A program made the position numbers and the translations under genes. Positions 9,341-17,679 of a DNA stretch of 43,958 bases are shown here, piece by piece (positions within the stretch are counted from its first letter, which is position 1; every line of letters begins with the position of its first letter). Below the pieces are notes generated by a model. The model did not search any database, had not been told where the DNA came from, and worked only from the letters and a program-made list of their open reading frames with translations. The stretch is taken from the sequence record DRR378314_995. One strand, 5' to 3'.

Positions 9341-10144
9341 TTATCCAATGAATTCAAGGCGCATTCCGTCATAGCCTGGTACCACGCCTTCAGGCAGTTC
9401 TTTCAATAGCGTATGGTAGTCCATATCCACATGCATATTCGTCAAAACGGTCAATCGCGGCTTAATTTGGTCTACCCATTCGAGCGCCTGATCAAGATTT
9501 GCGTGAGATGGGTGTGGCGTGTAGCGCAGAGCGTCCACGACGAACGTATCGACCCCCTGCAGCGCCTCCAGAGTGCTTTCGGGCAAGGCGTTTACATCAT
9601 TGCAATAGGCGAGATTGCCAAACCGAAATCCCAGGCACCGGATACGACCATGCTCCATATCAACCGGAGTGACTTCCACAGAACTGCCGGCACCTGCGAT
9701 GGTCACTTTCGTTAAAGGCTCAAGGTTCGGTTGCGCCGCTAGAATAGACGGATAGCCTCCCTTCCCCTCGAAACAATACGAAAATCGGTCCATTAAAGTG
9801 CGCTTGGACTCTGCACTCATATGTGTCGGAATAGGCTTTCCCTGGCGAATAAAGTACGGGCGCACGTCATCGATACCATGACTTTGGTCCGCATGGTCAT
9901 GCGTATAAAGAATAGCATCCAGATGCTTCACATTCTGCCGAAGCATCTGTTCACGAAGATCAGGCGACGTATCAATCAGAACGTTGGTGGACAGTCCTGT
10001 ATCATTGAACGACTGCACGAGTGCCGAACACCTCAGGCGCCGGTTTTTTGGCTCCTCTGGGTCACATGCGCCCCAGTCGCCACCAATACGCGGAACGCCA
10101 CCAGACGATCCGGTTCCAAGCAGCGTGAACGCGCCATAACCCAT
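9341..10144 (-). CDS. MBL-fold metallo-hydrolase (PhnP-like)
   Basis: LGTGSSGGVP, THDHADQSHG metal motif, HPSH; usual neighbour of tatD; start overlaps tatD stop. Confidence 0.92.
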   Translation of the reverse strand: MGYGAFTLLGTGSSGGVPRIGGDWGACDPEEPKNRRLRCSALVQSFNDTGLSTNVLIDTSPDLREQMLRQNVKHLDAILYTHDHADQSHGIDDVRPYFIRQGKPIPTHMSAESKRTLMDRFSYCFEGKGGYPSILAAQPNLEPLTKVTIAGAGSSVEVTPVDMEHGRIRCLGFRFGNLAYCNDVNALPESTLEALQGVDTFVVDALRYTPHPSHANLDQALEWVDQIKPRLTVLTNMHVDMDYHTLLKELPEGVVPGYDGMRLEFIG

Positions 10145-10917
10145 CAGTTAGGGACCCTGGAAAAAAGCTTGAGGGCGTTCTGCGTTGTTTCTTCCAGCAC
10201 ACGCTCAAGAGGCATGCCTTTCAGAGCAGCGAGAGCCTCCGCGACATGAACCAGATAGGAAGGCTCATTTCGGCGGCCGCGCATGGGCACTGGCGCAAGA
10301 TACGGGCAATCGGTCTCAAGGATCAGCCTATCCATCGGGACATCAGAAATGACCTCCCGAACCTCGCTCGCGCTCTTGAACGACAAAATACCTGACACCG
10401 AAACAAATCCGCCAAGTTCCAACCCTCTTCTGGCCAATCGTGCACCGCCCGTATAGCAGTGGAGTAACGGCACGAAGTCGCCTCGAGCGTGCTCTTCCTC
10501 CAGAATATCGCCCATCATGTCATCAGCTTCCCGCGTATGCAGGATAAGTGGTAAACCTGTTTCTCGCGCCGCCTGTATATGTGTGCGCAGGCTTTTCACC
10601 TGATCGCCCTCGGCGCTGTAACCATAGTGGAAATCCAGGCCGGTCTCACCGATCGCCACAACGCGCTCGTCCTCGGCCCGAGTCACGAGGTCGGAGACGC
10701 TGAGGTCGGTAAAATCCTTGCTGTGATGCGGATGAACACCGACAGAGCACCAAATATTCTCATGCGTGTGCGCAATCGAACGCACCGCTTCGAAATTGTC
10801 GAGCCTGTCGCAAATGGCAAGCATACGCCCGACACCCGCTGTGCTCGCGCGCTCCAGCACTTCACCCAGATCGTCTTTATATGTTTCGCCGTGGAGGTTT
10901 ACATGAGTGTCGAACAT
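10144..10917 (-). CDS. tatD: TatD family hydrolase
   Basis: DTHVNL, GVHPH, IGETGLD, LILHTR, LHCYTG, ETDCPYLAPVP.RG.RNEP. Confidence 0.93.
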   Translation of the reverse strand: MFDTHVNLHGETYKDDLGEVLERASTAGVGRMLAICDRLDNFEAVRSIAHTHENIWCSVGVHPHHSKDFTDLSVSDLVTRAEDERVVAIGETGLDFHYGYSAEGDQVKSLRTHIQAARETGLPLILHTREADDMMGDILEEEHARGDFVPLLHCYTGGARLARRGLELGGFVSVSGILSFKSASEVREVISDVPMDRLILETDCPYLAPVPMRGRRNEPSYLVHVAEALAALKGMPLERVLEETTQNALKLFSRVPN

Positions 10918-10926
10918 GCCAACGAC

Positions 10927-11862
10927 TTAGTGCGAACGCGCCGCACTATAAAGCCCTGCAATCAGCTTCGAAGCTGTTTGTGCCGGATCCATTTTCAAGG
11001 CGCGCGCTTCACCGGCAAGCCTTGAGACGTTGAGCCACGCAGTCGCTGCCGCTGGTTCCTGTTCGGCCTTACTTGCAAGCCACGCCAGGATTTCTTCCTG
11101 AAAGGCCTCCATGGCCGTCTCGTCAGCGCTAGCAGATTGCAATGCATCAGTAACCAGCCCGTCATTGGGTCTCGGCAGACTTCGAACCAGCACTTTGGCT
11201 GCATGAGCGGCAGCAAGTCCGGACGGCGTGGAGAGCCGCAGCCCAAGTCCGGGCCGGCCTTTGGACAATGCTAGCGCGTCTGCCGACGCACCCGCAGAGT
11301 CCAATGCGCGTTTCGTATCATCCTCATTCAGTGTTGTCAGACGCAGCACTCTGCATCGCGATCTGATCGTTGGCAGGATGGGCGTAGTTCCGTGATTCAC
11401 CAGAAACAGAATGCTGTTAGCCGGTGGCTCTTCGAGCGTTTTCAGTAGAGCGTTCGCGCCATTTCGATTCAGTTCATCCAAAGAATCAATAATGCCGACG
11501 CGCCAGCCACCTTGAGCCGGCTTGAGAGAAAAGAATTGCGACAAATCGCGAATCTGATCGACAGCGATATCCTGACGAAGCTTGCCCTTGTCGTTCAGCT
11601 CTCGATAAACGATCCGTAGATCCGGATGTCCACCCGCGAGGCAAATTCGAGCGACAGGATCAGTCGTCGCAGCTTCCAGCGGCGCATCATCCGGACCGCG
11701 CGCTCCCAGCATGTAAGCTGCCAATCGGTTGGCCAGTGTGGCTTTTCCTATTCCGGACGGCCCTTCGATCAGCCATCCATGGTGAAGCTTTGCAGAGGTT
11801 GCAGACGCCAGAAATGACGCTTGCGCAGCCTCGTGCCCGTAGAGTGGCCACGCAATATTCAT
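10927..11862 (-). CDS. holB: DNA polymerase III subunit delta'
   Basis: GPSGIGKAT, GHPDL, ANALLKTLEEPP, LPTIRSRC; downstream of tmk. Confidence 0.93.
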   Translation of the reverse strand: MNIAWPLYGHEAAQASFLASATSAKLHHGWLIEGPSGIGKATLANRLAAYMLGARGPDDAPLEAATTDPVARICLAGGHPDLRIVYRELNDKGKLRQDIAVDQIRDLSQFFSLKPAQGGWRVGIIDSLDELNRNGANALLKTLEEPPANSILFLVNHGTTPILPTIRSRCRVLRLTTLNEDDTKRALDSAGASADALALSKGRPGLGLRLSTPSGLAAAHAAKVLVRSLPRPNDGLVTDALQSASADETAMEAFQEEILAWLASKAEQEPAAATAWLNVSRLAGEARALKMDPAQTASKLIAGLYSAARSH

Positions 11863-12515
11863 CGGACCAATTCTTCGAGGTTATACTTGGCGACAATTTG
11901 CGACCACGCTGCAACAAATACTTCTGTCTCGCTACACGCGGCGTCAATCAAATGACATCGCTCCGGCTCTGCTCGGGCAATCGCGACAAATCCTTGCCTG
12001 ACGGCATTGTGGAATGCGTGGTCTCGCTGCTCGAACGCATCGCTGGGGCCGTTTCGGGCGGAACGCCGGCCGGCCGTAGTCTCCAGAGGTGCATCAAGCA
12101 CCAAAGTCAGGCCCGGCCGGGTTTCGCCAAGCACTGTTGCTTCCATTGATGAAAGGATGTCGGTTGATACACCGCCTTTCACGCTCTGATAGACGCGGGT
12201 CGAATCCGCAAACCGGTCACAAATCACCCATTTACCCACCCGTAGCGCTGGGCGAATGAGCTTTTCAAGATGATCGCTTCGCGCCGCATTCATCAGCAAC
12301 GCCTCACTCATCGCCGACCAACTTTCATTTCCGGGAGGATGCAAGGCTAGCTCGCGCACAACTTCCGCCAAGGGGGTTCCCCCAGGCTCACGCGTCGTGA
12401 TGACGTCAAACCCATGACTGTTCAGGCGCTCGGCCAAGGCACGCTGCAGCGTGGATTTGCCAACGCCTTCGCCGCCCTCAAGCGTAATGAACCTGAGCGG
12501 CTCTAGTTCAGCCAT
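11859..12515 (-). CDS. tmk: Thymidylate kinase
   Basis: FITLEGGEGVGKST P-loop, TREPGGT, CDRFADST; start taken at MAELEPL. Confidence 0.95.
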   Translation of the reverse strand: MAELEPLRFITLEGGEGVGKSTLQRALAERLNSHGFDVITTREPGGTPLAEVVRELALHPPGNESWSAMSEALLMNAARSDHLEKLIRPALRVGKWVICDRFADSTRVYQSVKGGVSTDILSSMEATVLGETRPGLTLVLDAPLETTAGRRSARNGPSDAFEQRDHAFHNAVRQGFVAIARAEPERCHLIDAACSETEVFVAAWSQIVAKYNLEELVR

Positions 12516-13659
12516 CGGAGCCTGCAATTAATTGGCTCAAACCTTCGACCGCCCTTCCAAAGAAACCGAGCTTCTTCACGTTTGCTTCGGCTACAATCGG
12601 CGCTTCAATCGGACTCTGTCCTTCAATAGTAACAACGAGCTTTCCGATTGTGTCGCCAAATTTGACCGGAGCTTGCAGTGCGCTGTCCAGCACGATCTCC
12701 GTTTTCGCTTTTTCCAGTGCAGCCTTGTGACCAGCTATTGTCATCTTGTCAGCCAGTGAAACCGGGACAGTCTGTTGCTGTCCCAACCAGACTTTGACTG
12801 CAGGCAATTCGACGCTTTCTGGCGTGATGACTTTCAAATCATAGCTTTGAAAGGCCATGCGCATCATACGTTCGCCTTCGCGGCCTCTTTCCGCCATGCT
12901 GTCCAGACCATTGATAACAATGGTCCTGCGTACACCGTCTCTGACGGCAGACGCTGTCAGGCCATAACCTGATACTTCAAGGTGGCCGGTCTTGAGGCCA
13001 TCTACGCCCTCAATACTGAGAATCGGGTTGCGATTTGCCTGAGTGTACTCCCGCCATGTGTAGTCGGGCATGTCGTACCAGTCGTAGTATTGCGGGTACT
13101 TGTCGATTGTCAGTTTCGCCATCTTGGCAAGGTCTTCAGCAGACACGACGTGGCCGACACCTTCCAGGCCAGTCGTATTTACAAAGTTCGCCGAGTTCAT
13201 TCCAAGTTCGTGGGCAAGGGCAGTCATGCGACGCGCGAAAGCTTCTTCGGAACCTGAGATGCCTTGAGCCAGTACGATACACGCATCATTGCCAGACATG
13301 ATGATAACACCATGCAGCAATTCTTCGACGGTCGGCGTATCACCCGGTGCCAGCCCCATGGTCGACGTTCCTGATGGAAACCCACCACGGCGCCAAGCAT
13401 CTTCGCTGACGGTGAACTTGTCGGTGAGTGATATCTCGCCACGCTCAATGAGCTCAAACACGAGAAACGCAGTCATCATCTTTGTCATCGAAGCAGGGAT
13501 CATCGGCTCTGATCCGTTTTTCGAATAAAGAATGGTGCCAGTCTCGTGATCCATGATCACGGCATGGCTCGCAGGCGTATCCATGATCTGGGCCTGAGCA
13601 GCACCCGTCGCAAAGACTGCCAATGCGCAGGCTGTCAGAATCTTTGGCGTTCGCAGCAT
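12508..13659 (-). CDS. D-alanyl-D-alanine carboxypeptidase (peptidase S11, PBP5/6-like)
   Basis: Signal peptide; PASMTK (SxxK), SGN (SxN) and KTG motifs; C-terminal amphipathic helix; GGAGG RBS. Confidence 0.93.
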   Translation of the reverse strand: MLRTPKILTACALAVFATGAAQAQIMDTPASHAVIMDHETGTILYSKNGSEPMIPASMTKMMTAFLVFELIERGEISLTDKFTVSEDAWRRGGFPSGTSTMGLAPGDTPTVEELLHGVIIMSGNDACIVLAQGISGSEEAFARRMTALAHELGMNSANFVNTTGLEGVGHVVSAEDLAKMAKLTIDKYPQYYDWYDMPDYTWREYTQANRNPILSIEGVDGLKTGHLEVSGYGLTASAVRDGVRRTIVINGLDSMAERGREGERMMRMAFQSYDLKVITPESVELPAVKVWLGQQQTVPVSLADKMTIAGHKAALEKAKTEIVLDSALQAPVKFGDTIGKLVVTIEGQSPIEAPIVAEANVKKLGFFGRAVEGLSQLIAGSDG

Positions 13660-13693
13660 ATAAAGCCTCCGGAAGGATTTGATCGGAAGGCCG

Positions 13694-13740
13694 AAACAAA
13701 ATCCGGCCCTTTCCCAGCGTATACAGGAAAAAGGGCCGGT
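13694..13740 (-). terminator. Probable intrinsic terminator between rlpA and dac
   Basis: Inverted repeat CCGGCCCTTT...AAAGGGCCGG followed on the minus strand by ATTTTGTTT. Confidence 0.6.
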
Positions 13741-13778
13741 TTGTGATGTGCGTCAATGGTGCCTGTGTTGCAGGACTA

Positions 13779-15011
13779 TCAGTTGCGAGCAACCACGCGG
13801 CTATTTGCAAGTCCTTGCCGGGCTAAATCATCACGCGTCCGGTCAGCCGCATCACGATTTGAGAATGGACCAACACGTACTCTGAAAAAGTCCGCTCCGT
13901 TTACGCGGGCTGGATCAATTTGTGCGCTTACATTCGCCGGCATTTTATCAATCAGGCTTTCTGCATTCCCAATTTGAGAGAACGCACCCACTTGCACGAA
14001 GTAATTTCCAACAGAAACCGGCTGATAAGCCTGCGTGTTTCGATTGTCGGAAACATTCGTCGGCTGCACCTGAAATGTTTCTGCGCGAGCGGCATGCGTA
14101 TTTGTATTATGTGCGAGTTGCGCCGACTGTGGCTTCGGCGTGGCTATCGGAGCAGGGCCAAGATAGCGGACTCGAACATTCAAACGCCCTGCCCCGGCCA
14201 TTCCGAGTTCGGTCGCAGCACGCTCTGATACCTGAAGCATTGCTCCATCCTCGAACGGTCCGCGGTCGTTTACCCGAACCACAACTTCCGCATTCGTGTC
14301 CAAATTCACGACCTGAACCAGGCTCGGCAAAGGCAGGCTTGGATGAGCCGCCATGAGCTCGGATTGGTCGAACAACTCTCCATTAGCAGTAGGCAGGCCC
14401 TGGAACTCGTCACTGAAGACAGTCGCTGCACCCGTCTGGTCAAAGACCGGCACGGCATCAGGCGTAATGGTCCGAGGTTCGGCAAGAGGCGGCTGATTCT
14501 GCATCCCCTGCTCTTTTGGCTCCTGCGTGCGAGTTTCAGCAAGCTTTGCAAGAGGTGAAACCTCGACTGAAGCTGGTTCGCGCTGCGCAGCGACTTCTTG
14601 TGCCGCTGCACGCGGATCAAAAGCCTTTGGAGCAGCCACCTCCGCAACTACGGGAGCAGCTGATGATGGAATGGGCATGCTGATACTGGCGTATTCGCGA
14701 ACTGGATGTGGACTATCGCCCGATGTGAGCTCAACCGCTTGACTGGCCTGTGGTGGAGCGTTCGATCCGGGATAGCTGAATTGAACTCTCGCCCGCGCCT
14801 TGTCGGCATTGGGGCGGGCCTGATCCGGCGTGATAAACACGGTCTGACGTTCGGCGGCGACACGACCACTGTCAGATACGGATTTGTAGACGATCGGAGC
14901 AGCGTCCGCCAATGCGGGCGACGCGCTCGCGGCAGCGGCAATCATACTTGCGAAAAGGGCGGGAAGGCGGTCTTGAACCTTAGTTTTTGGCACGCGCATT
15001 CGCGATGTCAC
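13779..15011 (-). CDS. rlpA: RlpA-like protein (DPBB domain + C-terminal SPOR domain), probably catalytically degenerate
   Basis: TANGELFD..AAHPSLPLPS..VRVNDRGPF DPBB motifs; SPOR YFVQVGAFS..NA...FRVRVGPF; long Pro/Ala-rich N-terminal region; exact start (15011 GTG or 14999 ATG) uncertain. Confidence 0.85.
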   Translation of the reverse strand: MTSRMRVPKTKVQDRLPALFASMIAAAASASPALADAAPIVYKSVSDSGRVAAERQTVFITPDQARPNADKARARVQFSYPGSNAPPQASQAVELTSGDSPHPVREYASISMPIPSSAAPVVAEVAAPKAFDPRAAAQEVAAQREPASVEVSPLAKLAETRTQEPKEQGMQNQPPLAEPRTITPDAVPVFDQTGAATVFSDEFQGLPTANGELFDQSELMAAHPSLPLPSLVQVVNLDTNAEVVVRVNDRGPFEDGAMLQVSERAATELGMAGAGRLNVRVRYLGPAPIATPKPQSAQLAHNTNTHAARAETFQVQPTNVSDNRNTQAYQPVSVGNYFVQVGAFSQIGNAESLIDKMPANVSAQIDPARVNGADFFRVRVGPFSNRDAADRTRDDLARQGLANSRVVARN

Positions 15012-15223
15012 CTCATTCTGAGTTTCGTGTCGGCGCTTTGCGCCTGAACGTCCGGCTTTTCTGCCGTACCTGATCCGTTTACCACGCTAAGGTGGACACA
15101 GCATGAACTCGCTCACCGATTTCTCATCATGATATTAGGTGGTCGTTTACAATTTGCCCAGAGTAGCCATTCGCAGATCGGGGCTTGCAAAATCGAAGCG
15201 CGTAGTGGAAACACCGGGACGCT

Positions 15224-15313
15224 GGAGGAATGGCAGAGTGGTTGAATGCGGCGGTCTTGAAAACCGTTGAGCCTTCGCGGGCTCCGGGGGTTCGAATCCC
15301 TCTTCCTCCGCCA
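15224..15313 (+). tRNA. tRNA-Ser (anticodon UGA)
   Basis: GGAGGAA acceptor stem pairing with TTCCTCC, anticodon arm GCGGT-CTTGAAA-ACCGT, long variable arm, GTTCGAATC T-loop, encoded CCA. Confidence 0.97.
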
Positions 15314-15423
15314 CTCCAATCTGTCAAAACCCGACGAACCGCCATCAGGTGACCTTTCGTAAGGCTGGTCATTCGTCACGGCATCCTGCAAGAGTCTCGA
15401 AAATTAGAAGCTCTGGAGGAAAC

Positions 15424-16623
15424 ATGCTCGAAGGAATCAAAGTCGTTGAATATGCTACCTATATGGCGGCACCGGGCGCAGGCTCGATCCTCAGCGACTG
15501 GGGCGCGGATGTTGTCAAAATCGAGCCCCCCGGCGGCGACCCTATCCGCTTGTTCTTTAAAACCATCGGCACAGACATTGCGGACAATCCAGTTTTTGAT
15601 TTCGACAATCGCGGCAAAAAATCCATCGTCGTCGACACGTCGAAACCTGAAGGGCAGGAACTCGTCCGAAAGCTCGTTGCAGACGCAGACGTTTTTCTGA
15701 CCAACGTACGGCCTGGCGGTCTGGAACGGTCTGGCCTCGACTATGACAGTTTGAAAGAGATCAATCCGAAACTCGTTTACTGCTCCCTGACTGGGTATGG
15801 CTTGCAGGGGCCAGATGCCAATCGCCCTGGCTTTGACATTGCCAGCTTCTGGAGCCGTACAGGCGTAGCGCGGCTGACCGTCCCGAAGGGCGAGGATCTT
15901 TTTGCGCTTCGCACCGCTTTCGGAGATCACACAACGTCCATGTCCGCCGCCGCAGGTATTTGCGCCGCGCTTGTTGAGGCTGGTAGAACCGGCAAGGGAA
16001 GATTGGTCGAAGCTTCTCTCTTTCGCGCTGGTTTGTATGCTCTGGGGTCTGATTTCGCGATCCAGCTATTCTTTGATCGTGTTGCATCGACCAAGACTCG
16101 CCATGAGCAAAACGTGCCGATCACCAACTTCTTCGAGACAAAAGATGGAAGTTGGATCTGCCTTGTGTCTCGTCAGGGAGAAGTCGATTGGGGGCCCATA
16201 TGTCGCGCCATTGGCCGGGAAGAATTGATAGAAGATGAGCGCTTCACATCTGCCAAAGCACGCCGAAAGAACAAAGCCGAAGTCGTAGATATTCTGGACG
16301 AAGGATTCGGGAAGTTCGACAAAGCAGAAATGGCGAAACGCCTAGACGCGGAGTCGCTTGCTTGGGCACCGGTACAAACACTCGCGGAAGTCGCAAAAGA
16401 TCCACAAGCCATCGCGGCAGGCGCTATTGTTCAGACTCCCAGTGCGAAGGGCGACGGCTCAACATATGCGTCGCCTGCGTCTCCAGTTCGCTTCCCTGGC
16501 GCTGACGACGGCCCCAAGGGCCCCTCACCTGCGCTTGGCCAGCACACAGCGGATGTGCTTGGCGGCCTCGGCCTGTCGGCCGAGACCATCAAGTCTCTCT
16601 ACTCCGATGGAATTGTTTACTAG
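15424..16623 (+). CDS. Family III CoA-transferase (CaiB/BaiF)
   Basis: LEGIKVVE..AAPG..LSDWGADVVKIEPPGGD, NRGKKSI, ADVFLTNVRPG, catalytic Asp in FGDH, P.LGQHT; GGAGG RBS before ATG 15424. Confidence 0.93.
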   Translation: MLEGIKVVEYATYMAAPGAGSILSDWGADVVKIEPPGGDPIRLFFKTIGTDIADNPVFDFDNRGKKSIVVDTSKPEGQELVRKLVADADVFLTNVRPGGLERSGLDYDSLKEINPKLVYCSLTGYGLQGPDANRPGFDIASFWSRTGVARLTVPKGEDLFALRTAFGDHTTSMSAAAGICAALVEAGRTGKGRLVEASLFRAGLYALGSDFAIQLFFDRVASTKTRHEQNVPITNFFETKDGSWICLVSRQGEVDWGPICRAIGREELIEDERFTSAKARRKNKAEVVDILDEGFGKFDKAEMAKRLDAESLAWAPVQTLAEVAKDPQAIAAGAIVQTPSAKGDGSTYASPASPVRFPGADDGPKGPSPALGQHTADVLGGLGLSAETIKSLYSDGIVY

Positions 16624-17417
16624 CGACCTTTGAATTCCGGGCTGCGTTTTTCGAGAATCGCGTCGACACCCTCCATATGGTCCTCTGTCTTGTGCATGAG
16701 GGCCTGAGAGGCAGCCGACATCTCCATAATCGTCTCGTAGGAAGAATTCGTGCCATGGCGCATCAGTGTCTTGGCAAGGCGCAGGGCTTGCGGCGGCTGA
16801 GCGGCAATCTGTTCGGCCAGCGCGACCGCCTCATCCATCAGGCTGTCGCCAGGCACAACCTTCGACACGAGCCCCCACTCCTCTGCTGTAGCGGCGTCAA
16901 TGACCTTCCCAGTAAACAGAAGCTCAGCGGCACGTGATGAACCGATCAAGCGTGGCAGCAACCAAGCACCACCATCGCCGGGAATGAGACCTAATTTGAG
17001 GAACGTTACGCCCATTTTCGCGCGATCAGATGCGATCCGAATGTCCGCCATGCAAGCGACGTCGCACCCGAGCCCAATAGCTGGGCCGTTGACTGCGGCA
17101 ATCATCGGGACTTCAAGATTATAAAGAGACTTCACAATCAGGTGGATATTTCGGCGATACCCTTCACGGATGTCATGCGGCGCGCCACCGAACGCCCCTG
17201 TTCCTTCTTTCATAGCCTTAACATCCCCGCCCGCAGAGAATGCCCGGCCTGCGCCTGTCAGGATCACACATCGGATGCTCGGGTCCGCCACAATGTCGTT
17301 GCAGGCGGCTGCAATCGCGGTTCCGTCGCCTTCGGCGCCAAGCGCGTTCAAGCTATCCGGGCGATTTAGCGTCAGGATCATGATGGATCCGCGCTTCTCT
17401 GTTGTCACAATAGACAT
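16620..17417 (-). CDS. Crotonase/enoyl-CoA hydratase superfamily protein
   Basis: LTLNRPDSLNAL, AFSAGGD, AAVNGPAIGLGCD, LGLIPGDGG; GGAGG RBS; stop overlaps the CoA-transferase stop (CTAG). Confidence 0.93.
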   Translation of the reverse strand: MSIVTTEKRGSIMILTLNRPDSLNALGAEGDGTAIAAACNDIVADPSIRCVILTGAGRAFSAGGDVKAMKEGTGAFGGAPHDIREGYRRNIHLIVKSLYNLEVPMIAAVNGPAIGLGCDVACMADIRIASDRAKMGVTFLKLGLIPGDGGAWLLPRLIGSSRAAELLFTGKVIDAATAEEWGLVSKVVPGDSLMDEAVALAEQIAAQPPQALRLAKTLMRHGTNSSYETIMEMSAASQALMHKTEDHMEGVDAILEKRSPEFKGR

Positions 17418-17528
17418 GTCTGGAAATCCTCCGCGTTTTCTACAGCCCTAGCTGGCAGGAGACGCAGGATATGTCCATCGGCCAATCGGCCGCTTTCCGC
17501 GCGGTGACGCACTGTCGATATGGAAAAG

Positions 17529-17613
17529 TGGTGCGGATGAGAGGACTCGAACCTCCACGCCTTGCAGCGCTGGAACCTAAATCCAGTGCGTCTACCAATT
17601 CCGCCACATCCGC
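17529..17613 (-). tRNA. tRNA-Leu (anticodon UAG)
   Basis: Reverse complement GCGGATGTGGCGGAATTGGTAGACGCA-CTGGA-TTTAGGT-TCCAG...GGTTCGAGTCC-TCTCATCCGC-ACCA; long variable arm. Confidence 0.97.
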
Positions 17614-17679
17614 ATGACGCGTGTTCCTACGCGAGCTCTCCCAACGCTTCAACTCCTATAAGGCCAATATGCTGCGAAA

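Noticed and set aside
9109..9409. Small ORFs 9109-9351 and 9188-9409 in the pxpC-MBL gap
   Set aside because: Non-ATG starts, overlap with flanking genes, no motifs or clear RBS.
10900..10917. TatD N-terminal HxN instead of HxH metal motif
   Set aside because: Variation at this position is known within the TatD family; other motifs are intact.
17427..17434. TCCTCCGC matching the tRNA-Ser 3' end as a possible att repeat
   Set aside because: Only 8 bp and fully explained as the GGAGGA RBS of the crotonase on the minus strand.
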